Positions 20,175 through 32,762 of a stretch of DNA of 64,000 nt are shown one piece after another. Each line of letters starts with the position of its first letter. The first letter of the stretch is position 1. The notes beneath the pieces were generated by a model. That model saw nothing but the letters and a program-made list of their open reading frames with translations, was not told the DNA's origin and did no database searches. The stretch is from the NCBI GenBank assembly GCA_963847705.1, contig CAWKBC010000027.1, forward strand, positions 832,001 through 896,000, in the 5' to 3' direction. The position numbers and the translations under genes are program-made. The stretch comes from an uncultured Pseudomonadota bacterium. Lineage in GTDB: Bacteria; Myxococcota_A; Polyangia; Fen-1088.

Positions 20175-21713
20175 ATGTTGTCGGGCTCCGTGCCGTTCGT
20201 CCCTGACCGTGGAGGCTTTCTCGATCTGGCCCGTCGTGGCCGGATCGCCTTCGTCTATCGCGAGGTTCTGGCCGACACCGACACCCCGGTCTCCGCCTAC
20301 GCCAAGCTTGGCCGCGGGCCTTACTCGTTCCTGCTGGAGAGCGTGGTCGGCGGCGACAAGTGGGCCGCCTACAGCTTCGTCGGCGTCCGGCCGCGCGCGG
20401 TCGTCCGGGCCCGCGGCGCGGAGGTCGAGGTGCTCACCTCGGTCGACGGCGAGATGCGGGTCACGGAGCGGGCGCGCGTCGAGCGGCCGCTGCAATTCCT
20501 CGACGCCTACCTGGCCAAGCTGGCGCCCGCGGTGCCGCCGGGCCTGCCGCGCTTCTTCGGCGGCGCGGTCGGCTGGCTCGGCTACGACGCCATCCGCGGC
20601 TTCGAACGCATCCCCAGCACCAAGCCCGACGTTCTGGGCGTGCCGGAGATCTGCTTCGCGCTCACCGACACGGTGGTCATCTTCGACAACCTGCGCGGGA
20701 CGGTGAAGGTGGTGGCGGCGGTCGACGTGGGCGAGGGCGATCCGGGACGCGCCTACGACGACGCCTGCAGCCGGATCGACGCGGTGCTGGAGCGGCTGGC
20801 CCGCCCGGCGCCCCCGCTGCGGGTGCTGGAGCCGCTGCCGCCGCCGGTGCCCGAGATGCCCCGCTCGAACGTCAGCCAGGACCAGTACGAGGCGGGCGTG
20901 CGGCGCGTGCAGGAGTACATCCTGGCCGGCGACGCCTTCCAGGTCGTCTACTCGCAGCGCTTTCAGGTGCCGCGCGGGGGCGTCGACCCGTTCGACGTCT
21001 ACCGCGCGCTGCGGGTGATCAACCCGTCGCCCTACATGTTCCACCTCGAGTTCCCGGAGGCCATCGTGACCGGCGCCTCACCCGAGGCGCTGGTGCGCCT
21101 GGAAGGCGCCGAGGTCGAGGTGCGGCCGATCGCCGGGACGCGCCGGCGCGGCGCCACCATCGAGGAGGACGCGGCGCTGGAGACGGAGCTGCGCAACGAT
21201 CCGAAGGAACGCGCGGAGCACGTCATGCTGGTCGACCTCGGGCGGAACGACGTCGGGCGGGTCTCGGCGCCCGGGACGGTGAGGGTCAACGAGCTGATGG
21301 CCGTCGAGCGCTACTCCCACGTCATGCACCTGGTGTCGAACATTCGCGGGACGGCCGCGCCGGGGATCCGGGCCGCCGACGTGGTGCGCGCCGCCTTCCC
21401 GGCCGGGACGCTCTCGGGCGCCCCCAAGATCCGGGCCATGGAGATCATCGAGGAGATCGAGCCGTCGCGGCGCGGGATCTACGGCGGCGCCGTCGGGTAC
21501 ATCTCGTACACCGGGAACCTGGACCTGGCGATCGCCATCCGGACGCTGGTGACCCTGGGCGACACGATCCACGTCCAGGCGGGCGCCGGGATCGTCGCCG
21601 ACAGCGTGCCGGCCCAGGAGCACCTGGAGTGCGTGAACAAGGCGCGCGCCGTGCTGAGCGCGGTCGAGGTCGCGCGGCGCGGGTCAGCGACGCCGGAAGG
21701 GCGAGGGCGTTAA
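20175..21713 (+). CDS. trpE: Anthranilate synthase component I (start 20175 or GTG 20190)
   Basis: 'DTPVSAY', 'FLLES', 'NPSPYM', 'PIAGTRRRG', 'EHVMLVDLGRND', 'GTLSGAPK'. Confidence 0.97.
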   Translation: MLSGSVPFVPDRGGFLDLARRGRIAFVYREVLADTDTPVSAYAKLGRGPYSFLLESVVGGDKWAAYSFVGVRPRAVVRARGAEVEVLTSVDGEMRVTERARVERPLQFLDAYLAKLAPAVPPGLPRFFGGAVGWLGYDAIRGFERIPSTKPDVLGVPEICFALTDTVVIFDNLRGTVKVVAAVDVGEGDPGRAYDDACSRIDAVLERLARPAPPLRVLEPLPPPVPEMPRSNVSQDQYEAGVRRVQEYILAGDAFQVVYSQRFQVPRGGVDPFDVYRALRVINPSPYMFHLEFPEAIVTGASPEALVRLEGAEVEVRPIAGTRRRGATIEEDAALETELRNDPKERAEHVMLVDLGRNDVGRVSAPGTVRVNELMAVERYSHVMHLVSNIRGTAAPGIRAADVVRAAFPAGTLSGAPKIRAMEIIEEIEPSRRGIYGGAVGYISYTGNLDLAIAIRTLVTLGDTIHVQAGAGIVADSVPAQEHLECVNKARAVLSAVEVARRGSATPEGRGR

Positions 21714-21716
21714 GCC

Positions 21717-22288
21717 ATGCTGCTGGTGATCGACAACTACGACTCCTTCACCTACAACCTGGTCCAGTACCTGGGTGAGATGGGGCAGGAGATCCGCGTG
21801 GTGCGCAACGACGAGCTCCCGGCCGCGCAGATCGCCGCGCTGGCGCCGTCGCACATCGTGATCTCGCCGGGCCCCTGCACGCCGAACGAGGCCGGCATCA
21901 GCCTGGAGGTCATCAAGACCTACGCCGGGAAGATCCCCATCCTGGGCGTCTGCCTGGGGCACCAGGCGATCGGTCAGGCCTTCGGCGGCAAGGTGGTGCG
22001 CGCCGCGCGCGTCATGCACGGCAAGACGTCGCCGATCTCCCACGACGGCAAGGGCCTCTTCACGGGGCTGCCCAATCCGTTCCAGGCGACCCGCTACCAC
22101 TCGCTGCTGATCGAGCGCGCCAGCGTCCCCGATTCTCTGGACGTGACGGCCCAGACGGCGGAGAACGAGATCATGGCGGTCAGGCACAAGACGTTGCCAG
22201 TGGAAGGCGTTCAGTTCCATCCCGAGTCGTTCCTGACCACGTCGGGCAAGGACCTGCTGCGCAACTTCATCGAGCGGCGAGGTCGGCC

Positions 22289-22292
<4 letters not shown>
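21717..22292 (+). CDS. trpG: Anthranilate synthase component II
   Basis: '[11 protein letters not shown]', 'SPGP', 'GVCLGHQ', 'QFHPES'. Confidence 0.97.
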
Positions 22293-23343
<1,051 letters not shown>

Positions 23344-23347
<4 letters not shown>

Positions 23348-24117
23348 TCCTCGACGACATCGTGGCCCGCACCCGCTCCGACCTCGCCGAGCGCAAGCGG
23401 CGGCGACCGATCTCGGTGCTGGAGTCCGAGGCGGTGCGCCGGCCGGCGCCCCGCAGCCTGGCGCGCGCGCTGCGCCGGCCGGGCGAGGTCACCTGCATCG
23501 CCGAGTTCAAGCGCAAGTCGCCCTCGGCCGGGTGGATCGCGGAGAGGGCGGCGCCGGCCGAGATGGCGCGCGCCTACGCCGCCGGCGGGGCGCGCGCGAT
23601 GTCGGTCCTGACCGAGGGACCCTTCTTCGGCGGGAGCCTCGACGATCTGGCGGCGGCCCGGGCGGCCTCGGAGCTGGTCATCCTGCGCAAGGACTTCGTC
23701 GTCGATCGCTACCAGGTCGTGGAGGCGCGGGCGGCGGGCGCCGACGCGATCTTGCTGATCGTCAGCGCGCTCAGCGATCTCGACCTGGCGGCGCTCCTGG
23801 GGGCCACGCGCGAGATGGGCCTCGAGGCGCTGGTCGAGGCGCACGACGCCGACGAGGTGGCGCGGGCCGTGGCGGCCGGCGCCGGCATCATCGGGATCAA
23901 CAACCGCGACCTGCGGACCTTCACCGTCGACCGCGAGCTGGCCGCCCGGCTGCGCCCCCGCGTCCCCGACGAGCGGGTGATCGTCGCCGAATCGGGGATC
24001 CGCGACGCCACCGACGTGGGCCGGCTGCGCGCCGCCGGCATCGACGCCATCCTGGTCGGCGAGGCGCTGATGCGCGCGCCCAATCCGACGGCCTCGCTCC
24101 GGGCCCTTTTGGCTTGA
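23344..24117 (+). CDS. trpC: Indole-3-glycerol phosphate synthase
   Basis: 'IAEFKRKSPS', 'SVLTE', 'LRKDF', 'GINNRDL', 'AESGI'. Confidence 0.97.
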
Positions 24118-24121
24118 AGGC

Positions 24122-24739
24122 GTGGTGAACCTCCTGGTCAAGATCTGCGGCATCACGACCGCCCGCGACGCCGCCATGGCCGCCGAGCTGGGGGCCGACG
24201 CCATCGGCCTCAACTTCTGGCCGGGGTCGAAGCGCTACGTCGACCCGGCCGACGCCGCTCCGATCCTGGCTGCCATCCCCGCCGGGATTCTCAAGGTGGG
24301 GGTCTTCGTCAACGAGCCCGAAGAGGAGATCGCCTTTCGAATGGACGAGCTCGGGCTCGACCGCGTGCAGCTGCACGGCGACGAGAGACCGGGCGACTAC
24401 CTTCATCTCGACCCGTCGAGGTTGATCCGGGCCGTTCGCGTCCGCGATGCGGCCTCGTTCGCCGCCGCGGCGGGATGGAAACCCTCCCTCTGGCTCTACG
24501 ACGCCTTCGTCGAGGGGTTCGGCGGCGGCGGCCTGGCGGCGCCCTGGCCGCTCATCGCGCGGCAGGCGCGCCGCCCGTTCTTGCTGGCCGGCGGCTTGAC
24601 GCCCGACAACGTCGCGGCCGCCATCCAGGCCACGCGCCCCGAGGGGGTGGACGTCGCCAGCGGCGTCGAGCGGTCGCCCGGCGTGAAAGATCCGGCCAAG
24701 CTCGCGGCGTTCCTCGTCGCCGCGCGCGCTGCGATATAG
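24122..24739 (+). CDS. trpF: Phosphoribosylanthranilate isomerase
   Basis: 'VKICGIT', 'VQLHGDE', 'LAGGLTPDNV', 'DVASGVE'. Confidence 0.96.
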   Translation: MVNLLVKICGITTARDAAMAAELGADAIGLNFWPGSKRYVDPADAAPILAAIPAGILKVGVFVNEPEEEIAFRMDELGLDRVQLHGDERPGDYLHLDPSRLIRAVRVRDAASFAAAAGWKPSLWLYDAFVEGFGGGGLAAPWPLIARQARRPFLLAGGLTPDNVAAAIQATRPEGVDVASGVERSPGVKDPAKLAAFLVAARAAI

Positions 24740-24748
24740 TTCCGCGCG

Positions 24749-25962
<1,214 letters not shown>

Positions 25963-25966
<4 letters not shown>

Positions 25967-26787
25967 GCTCGGCGCCCCGCCTGGCGGCCCGGTTCGCGCG
26001 GGCCCGCGTCGAGAAGCGCGCCGCCCTGATCGTCTATCTCACCGCCGACGATCCCGACGGCGCGACCAGCCTGCGGCTCATGCGCGCCGCCGCCGAGGCG
26101 GGGGCCGACGTCATCGAGATCGGCATTCCCTGGAGCGATCCTTCGGCCGACGGCAAGGCCATCCAGGCGGCCATGCACCGCGCGCTCGGGCGGGGAGGGG
26201 GGTTGCGGCGGGCGCTGGGGCTCTGCAGCGAGCTGCGCGCCGCCTGTCCCGACGTGGGGCTGGTGCTGTTCGGCTACGCCAACCCGATCCTGGTGATGGG
26301 GGTCGATGTCTTCGCGCTCAAGGCGCGCGACGCCGGCGCCGACGGTCTCCTCTGCGTCGACTATCCGCCCGACGAGGATCGCGCGCTGCCCACCGCGCTG
26401 GCCCGTGAGGGGCTGGACTTCGTGCCGCTGCTGGCGCCCACCTCGACCGACGCGCGCATCGATCTGGCGCTCGCCGCCGCCGGCAGCTTCGTCTACTACG
26501 TCTCGATGACCGGAACGACCGGCACCGCGCTGGCCGATCTCGACGGGCCGCGCGCCAAGGTGGCCGCCATCCGCGAGCGCGGCGGCGGCAAGGTCCCTGT
26601 CGCCGTCGGCTTCGGCATCCGCACGCCGGAGGCCGCGCGCGCCGTCGCCAGCTTCGCCGACGCGGTGGTGGTCGGCAGCGCCGCCGTGGAGATCATCAAT
26701 CGGGCCACCGCCGCGAAGCGCGATCCGGTCCCCGAGATGAGCGCCTTCGTCCGCTCGCTGCGCCAGGCGGTCGGCGGCAGCGGGTAA
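25963..26787 (+). CDS. trpA: Tryptophan synthase alpha
   Basis: '[14 protein letters not shown]', 'LLAPTS', '[10 protein letters not shown]', 'VGFGI', 'VVGSA'. Confidence 0.97.
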
Positions 26788-26864
26788 TTCCGCCAAAAAG
26801 CGGGGGAGTTTCTGCTTGGGGTGATTTTTCCCTTCGGCTATCGTCGCGCCCAGGAGGGGTCCCC

Positions 26865-27615
26865 ATGAAACACCTGCGAACCATCGGAACCGCCGTATTT
26901 GCAGCGCTGGCCGGCGTCGTCGGCCTGACCGGCGGCGCCGCCGCCCAGACACCGACCGCTGGACCGCCGCCGCCGCCGGCCGCGGCGATGCCGGCCAAGC
27001 CCGCCCCCGCGCCGGCCCCCGCGCCGGCCGTTGCGAGGCCGGTCGCCGCCCCGACCCCTGCGCCCGCTGCCGCCAAGCCGGCCCCTGCCGCCGCCCCGGC
27101 CGCCGCCAAGCCCGCTGTCGCGGCTGCGCCGGCCACGGCGTCGCAGAATCGCGCCGAAGCCGGCCGCCGAGCTCGAGCAACTGAAGATGTTCGAGGCGAC
27201 CTGGCGATGCGCAGGGAAGCAGCCGGCCGGCCCGCTGGGCCCGGAGCAGGACTACAAGTCCACCTTCAAGGGCAAGAAGGACGTCGAGAGCTTCTGGATC
27301 TCCTTCCAGTACAGCCAGAAGAAGTCGAAGGCCCACGCCCTGCCGATCATCGCCAAGGGCTATCTCGGGTACGATCCGGCGGCCAAGAAGTACGTCTCGC
27401 TCGGCGTCGACAACATGGGGGGCTCGGTGACCGAGTCGTCTCCCGGGTGGGAGGCCGACAAGCTGACCTTCACCGGCGACGGCCAGATGAGCGGCCAGAA
27501 GATCAGCTTCCGCGAGACCTACACCAAGAAGAGCGACAAGGAGATGGTCTGGTCCGGCGAGCTGAAGATGGGGAAGGACTGGATCCCGGTCGGCACCGAC
27601 ACCTGCAAGAGGTAG
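26865..27615 (+). CDS. Exported DUF1579-like beta-barrel protein with Pro/Ala linker; apparent +1 frameshift at ~27147
   Basis: SD AGGAGG, signal peptide, PA-rich tract, then in the other frame 'PAAELEQLKMFEATW...GYDPAAKKYV...DNMG'. Confidence 0.75.
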
Positions 27616-27698
27616 CCAGGACGCCTTCAGGACGCCTTCGGCGCCACGTCGTCGGTCATGCTTCGCGGCGCTCACCGGCGCCTGGCGGCGAGGCCCTC

Positions 27699-28445
27699 CT
27701 AGAGAGGGAAGACGGCGTCCGCCTGGGTGGGGGCGCCGTCCTTGACGTCCACCTCGACGGTCGACGTCACGCCTGCGCCCTTGCCGTCGGCGGGCTCGTG
27801 CCACAGCTCGACGGTGTAGTGCCCGGCGGGGACGTTCTTGATCTCGTACTTTCCGTCGGCGCCGGTGACGGCGAAGTAGGGGTGCTCGAAGACGTAGAGC
27901 CAGGCGTTCATCCAGGAGTGGCCTGCGTCGCATTGCAGCCGCACCAGGCCGGGCTGGGTCAGCTTGGTCGGCAGCCGCTGGTCCTTGATCGGCATCGCCA
28001 CGTTGAAGGTCTGAACCGGGCCGATGCTGCCGTGAATGTTGTGCAGCACGCGATCGCTGTTGACCAGCGTCAGCGAGGTTCCGACGGTGACGGCCTGGAC
28101 GTGCGGTTTGTAGGTGCACCCCACCTGATCGACGGCGGCCCCGGCGGTTGGCGGCGGCGGGGACGTCGGCCTGGGCAGGCGCAGCGACACCACGACGTTG
28201 GCGAGCGCGCCGTCCGGCCCCACGAGCACCGCCTCGTTCGGCTTGCTCGCGCCGCACACGGCGCTGTCCTTCACCACGGCGTGCGTGGGCAGCGCCGGCG
28301 GTTTGCCGGCCAGCTTCACCGTTCCCGCGACGACACCACTGGCCGAGGCGGCAGCTGGAAAGAGGCAGAACGCCAGCCCGAGCGCCGGCCACAGCATCCG
28401 CCGTCCCCCGCGCTTCGCGCGTCCCTCGTTGCCTGCCGCGTTCAC
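27699..28445 (-). CDS. Exported carboxypeptidase-regulatory-like / cupredoxin-like domain protein
   Basis: 'DQVGCTYKPHV', 'NSDRVLHN', 'CDAGHSWM', 'HPYFAVTGADGKY...VPAGHY..ELWHE'. Confidence 0.75.
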   Translation of the reverse strand: MNAAGNEGRAKRGGRRMLWPALGLAFCLFPAAASASGVVAGTVKLAGKPPALPTHAVVKDSAVCGASKPNEAVLVGPDGALANVVVSLRLPRPTSPPPPTAGAAVDQVGCTYKPHVQAVTVGTSLTLVNSDRVLHNIHGSIGPVQTFNVAMPIKDQRLPTKLTQPGLVRLQCDAGHSWMNAWLYVFEHPYFAVTGADGKYEIKNVPAGHYTVELWHEPADGKGAGVTSTVEVDVKDGAPTQADAVFPL

Positions 28446-28825
28446 TTGCTCGGACCGATGGCGCCGACGCGGGTTCGCAGCTCGGTCACCACGTCTGGTC
28501 CGAGCTCAGCCGTCATCCGGGTGATGATCTCCGCGCGCATCAGCACCACCTCGTGCGCCAGCGCCGCCGAGGCGACCCGCACCAGCAGCGTCGTCCCCGC
28601 CAGCCGCTCCGGTTGCGTGCGCGCGCGAAGCATCTCGCCGACGGCGCGCGCGTAGCAGTCGAACACCCGGAACTCGCGCGCCCGCCCGCTGCCGCCGAGG
28701 CGGGCCAGCACCTCGCCCATGAGCGCGTCGCTGGTGACGGGCGCCGGTGCCTGGGGCCGCACGGGTCCGCGGGCGCGCGGTCGTCGGTAGGGGCGCGAAC
28801 CAAAGCGAGGAGCGTCCGCGGGCAT
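28442..28825 (-). CDS. DUF721/DciA-like protein
   Basis: 'AVGEMLRARTQP...GTTLLVRVASAALAHEV...I' pattern; ATG 6 nt after TATCCT. Confidence 0.75.
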   Translation of the reverse strand: MPADAPRFGSRPYRRPRARGPVRPQAPAPVTSDALMGEVLARLGGSGRAREFRVFDCYARAVGEMLRARTQPERLAGTTLLVRVASAALAHEVVLMRAEIITRMTAELGPDVVTELRTRVGAIGPSK

Positions 28826-28952
28826 CCGGGCAGGATACGGGCGCCGTCCGCGCGATGGCAACGGCAAAGGCGGCAAAGGCGGCCCAGGCGGCGCAAGGGG
28901 CGCCAGCCGGCCAGGGACGACAAAGAGCGCTGGCCGGCGCTATCATCCCGGG

Positions 28953-29349
28953 ATGTCACGAGAGATCATCTCGACCGCCGGCGCCCCCAGGGCGATCGGC
29001 CCGTATTCCCAGGCGGTGGTGGCGCCCGCCGGACGGCTGCTGTTCTGCTCGGGGCAGATCCCGCTCGACCCGCACACGGGCGAGATGGTCGGCGCCGGCG
29101 ACGTCCGCGCGCAGGCCGAGCGCGTGCTCGAGAACCTCGGCGCCGTGCTGGTCGCCGGAGGCGCCTCGTTCGGCGCGGTGGTCAAGACGACGATCTTCCT
29201 CGCCGACCTGCAGGACTTCGGCGCGGTGAACGAGATCTACGCCCGCTACTTCCCGGACAAGCCGCCGGCGCGGGCCACGGTTCAGGCCGCCGGTCTGCCC
29301 AAGGGCGCCCTGATCGAGAATCGACGCGATCGCCGCGCTGGGCGCCTGA
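28953..29349 (+). CDS. ridA: RidA (YjgF/YER057c/UK114) deaminase; apparent +1 frameshift at ~29319
   Basis: 'APRAIGPYSQA', 'SGQIP', 'PPARATV..LPKGA'; removing one A restores the canonical 'LIEIDAIA' and a TGA stop. Confidence 0.92.
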
Positions 29350-30845
29350 ACACCGGCGCTGGCATTGTCGACGATCTGGACGGGCGGGGCCGGGACCTCG
29401 GCCAGCGCCGCCTTCCAGTCGGCGAAGCGGCCGCCGGCCCGCGCGGCCTGGGCGGCGGCCCTCCCGGCGGCGAACCCGCCTTGCGCCAGCCGGTACTCCA
29501 CCCAGGCCCACTTCGGAGAGGTCGGCCGCAGGGTCACGCGCCCTTGCACCGCCCGGCGCAGACGGGCCAGGCGATCGTCGAGCACGTCGATCGCCTCGAA
29601 CGCCGAGCCGTCGAGCGGGGTCTTGCGCTTGGCGACGAAGGGGGCGATCCCGAGGACGACCTTGCGGGCGACCTTGGCCAGCTCTTGCGAGAAGCGCCCC
29701 AGCTCGTCGATGTCGGCGTCGGTCTCGCCGGGGACGCCGATCATCATGTAAAGCTTGAACTGTGACATCCCATGTTCGCGCGACAGCTGGGCGGCGCGCA
29801 GCAGGTGCCGCTCCTTGGTCTTGCGCTGGATGATGTCGCGCATCCGCTCCGAGGCGCCGTCGGCGGCGGTGGTGAGCGTCCGATAGCCGCCCCGTTTCAG
29901 CAGGCCCACGATCTCGTCGTTCAGACGATCGGCGCGCAGGCTGGAGATGCCGACCTCGCGGCCGCCGTCGACGATGTGGCGCAGGATCTCCGGCAGCCCG
30001 GGGTGGTCGGTCACCGCGGCGCCCACCAGACCCACCCGCCGCACGTCGGACGGGATCAGTGAGGCCACCTTGGCCGGCGCGACCAGGCGCATGCCGCCGT
30101 TGGTCGACCGGCGCATCACGCAGTAGGTGCAGCCGCGGTGGCAGCCGCGCTCGGGCTCGATGAGGAACATGTCCGACAGCTCGGTGTGCGGCGTCCGGAT
30201 CTGCGAGTGGGCGGGCAGCAGCGTGTCGTCGGCCGCGGCCACCGCCGGCGGTCGCTCGCCGTGCACGGGCGGCACGTAGAAGCCGGGACGCGAGGCCAGG
30301 GTCTCGAGCAGCGCCGCGCGCGACGACGTCGAGCGCATCGTCTCGACCAGCTCGACGATGGTCTCCTCCGCCTCGCCGAGCAGCAGGACGTCGGCGTAGG
30401 GGGCGGCGGGGACGGGGTTGGAAAACGTGAGCGGCCCGCCGATGACCACCAGGGGATGACGGTCCGGGCGGGCGGCGCGCTCCTCGGCGAAGAGCGGGAT
30501 GCCGGCCATGTCGAGGCAGTCGGCCAGGCCGGCCAGCTCCAGCTCATAGGCGAGCGAGAACGCCACGACCGGGAAGTCGCCCACCGGCCGCATCGATTCG
30601 TAGGTCCGCAGCGGCTCGCCGGAGGCGCGGGCGGCCCGGGCGTCGTCGGGCAGGAAGGCCCGCTCGGCCGCCACGCCGGGCAGCGCGTTCAGCCCCCGGT
30701 AGATGGTCTGAAAGCCCAGCGACGACATCCCGATCGCGTACGGGCTGGGGTAGCAGAGCGCGAAGGGGAGCTCCGCCTGCTTGTCGATCGTGCCCACCTC
30801 GTCGGCGAGGCGGGAAGCGCGGAGATCTCGAAACGGGACTGTCAT
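29282..30845 (-). CDS. Radical SAM protein (YgiQ/TIGR03960-like); 3' end inferred after correcting the 29319 insertion
   Basis: 'YPSPYAIGMSSLG', CxxxCxxC in 'RGCHRGCTYC', 'SSLRAD', 'KLYMMIGVPGET'. Confidence 0.85.
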
Positions 30846-30902
30846 GCTGCGGGACCGCGAATGATACGGGGAAAACGCCGCTTTTGCTCGCTCGGTCGCC
30901 GG

Positions 30903-32762
30903 CTATTCGGCCGCCTCGGGCACCGCCGCGGTGGGCCCGACCATCTGCAGGCGGTAGAGGCGGGCGTAGAGGCCGGAGTCTCCCCTGGCGAGCAGCGCCT
31001 CGTGCGTCCCCTCCTCCGCGACGTGGCCGCGGTTGATGACCACGATGCGGGAGGCCCGCTGCACCGTCGACAATCGATGCGCGATGACGATCGACGTTCT
31101 CCCCAGCATCAGCTCACCGATGCCACGCTCGATGGCCCGTTCGGTCTCGGGATCGACGCTGGCGGTCGCCTCGTCGAGGATCAGGATCTCGGGATCGCGC
31201 GCCAGCGCCCGGGCGAAGGCGATCAGCTGGCGCTCGCCGCTGGAGAAGTTCACGCCCCGCTCGAGCACCCTGGCGTCGAGCCCGTCCGGGCGGTTGGCGA
31301 CCACCCGATCGGCGCCCACCCGCCGGGCCGCCGTCAGGAGCTGCTCATCCGTGAGCGCGTCGTCGCCGAGCGCGATGTTCGCCCGCAGGGTTCCGGAGAA
31401 CATGAAGACGTCCTGGCTGACCACCACGATTCTCCGCCGCAGCGCCCGGGGAGCGAGCGTCCGGACGTCGACGCCCCCGACGCGGATCGTCCCCCCCTGC
31501 AGGTCATAGAGCCGCGGCAGCAGCTTGATGATGGTCGACTTGCCGGCGCCGGTGGCCCCGACGATGGCCAGCGTCTCGCCGGCGGCGATCGAGAGCGAGA
31601 CGTCGTCGAGCACCGGCCGATCGGCGCGGTAGCCGAAGCTGACGTGGTCCAGCTCGATGAGCGGGCCCGCGGAGGGCGCCGCCGCCGACGCTGGGACCGA
31701 GGGCGCGTCGGGCTCGTTGGTGTCGAGCAGGGTGAACACGCGCTCCGCCGCCGCCATCGCCTGCTGCATGACGGTGTACTTGGTCGAGAGATCCCGGATC
31801 GGCGCGAAGAACTTGCCCAGGTACTCGACGAAGGCGACCAGGACGCCGAAGGTCAGCGTCCCGCCGGCGATCCGGTTGCCGCCGTGCCACAGCAGCCCGG
31901 CGACGGCGATGGCGCCGACCGCCTCGACGATCGAATAGAGCGCTGCGTCGGCGGTGATGGCGCGGGCGTTGGCGCGCCGGTAGTCGAGGTTGATGGCGTC
32001 GAACTCCCGGTCGATGCGCGCCTCCTGGGCGAAGGCCTGCACCACCTTGATCCCCGAGAGGTGCTCCTGCAAAAAGGCGTTCAGGCGGGCCAGCTTGGTG
32101 CGGATCTCGCGGAAGGCGTCGCGCACCCAGCGCCGGAAGAACGCCGCGATGCCGAACAGCACCGGCGCCGTCCCCATCGAGAAGAGCGCCAGCTTCCAGT
32201 CGATGCCGAAGATCGCCACCAGGATGAAGATCAGGCGGATCATGTCGCCGAGCAGGCTGACCAGGCCGGAGGCGAACATCTCGTTGAGCGCCTCGATGTC
32301 GCTGGTCATCCGGGTCATCAGGCGCCCGACGGGCGTTCGATCGAAGAAGGACGCCGACAGCGACAGCACGTGCTCGTGCACGCGCATGCGCAAGGTGTTC
32401 ATCCCGCGCTGGCCGATGAGCTGCGTGAGGTAAATCTGCGCGAAGGAGGAGGCATACTGGCCGAGGAGCACGCCGAGATAGGCGAGCCCCACGCGATCGA
32501 GCCCCGCCAGCCGTCCGATGGCGATGTGCTCGTCGATCGCCTTCTTCAGCAGGTAGGGCTGCGCGATCTCGCACAGCGAGACCACCGGCAGCAGCGCCAC
32601 GGCGACGACCAGCTCCTTCTTGTAAGGCCAGACGTAGCCGAAGATTCGCCTGAGCAGCGTCCGGTCGAGCGCCTGCCCGAGCAGCTCCTCGGAGTGTGCG
32701 CGCCGGCCGGGGCTCTTGCTCCCGATCGGGGTGAGGGGCTTCTTGCTGACGTCGCGGCTCAC
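30903..32762 (-). CDS. ABC exporter, TMD-NBD half (consensus site)
   Basis: Walker A 'GATGAGKST', 'FSSGERQ', 'LDEATA', 'IAHRL'. Confidence 0.93.
   Translation of the reverse strand: MSRDVSKKPLTPIGSKSPGRRAHSEELLGQALDRTLLRRIFGYVWPYKKELVVAVALLPVVSLCEIAQPYLLKKAIDEHIAIGRLAGLDRVGLAYLGVLLGQYASSFAQIYLTQLIGQRGMNTLRMRVHEHVLSLSASFFDRTPVGRLMTRMTSDIEALNEMFASGLVSLLGDMIRLIFILVAIFGIDWKLALFSMGTAPVLFGIAAFFRRWVRDAFREIRTKLARLNAFLQEHLSGIKVVQAFAQEARIDREFDAINLDYRRANARAITADAALYSIVEAVGAIAVAGLLWHGGNRIAGGTLTFGVLVAFVEYLGKFFAPIRDLSTKYTVMQQAMAAAERVFTLLDTNEPDAPSVPASAAAPSAGPLIELDHVSFGYRADRPVLDDVSLSIAAGETLAIVGATGAGKSTIIKLLPRLYDLQGGTIRVGGVDVRTLAPRALRRRIVVVSQDVFMFSGTLRANIALGDDALTDEQLLTAARRVGADRVVANRPDGLDARVLERGVNFSSGERQLIAFARALARDPEILILDEATASVDPETERAIERGIGELMLGRTSIVIAHRLSTVQRASRIVVINRGHVAEEGTHEALLARGDSGLYARLYRLQMVGPTAAVPEAAE

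Noticed and set aside
20005-20190. trp attenuator, leader peptide or T-box
   Set aside because: No Trp-codon-rich short ORF, U-tailed terminator or T-box motif; a -10-like TATGTT sits right at the trpE start.
29282-30845. Radical SAM gene as epmB
   Set aside because: It lacks lysine-2,3-aminomutase features and resembles the YgiQ/TIGR03960-like group; epmB is not in this window.
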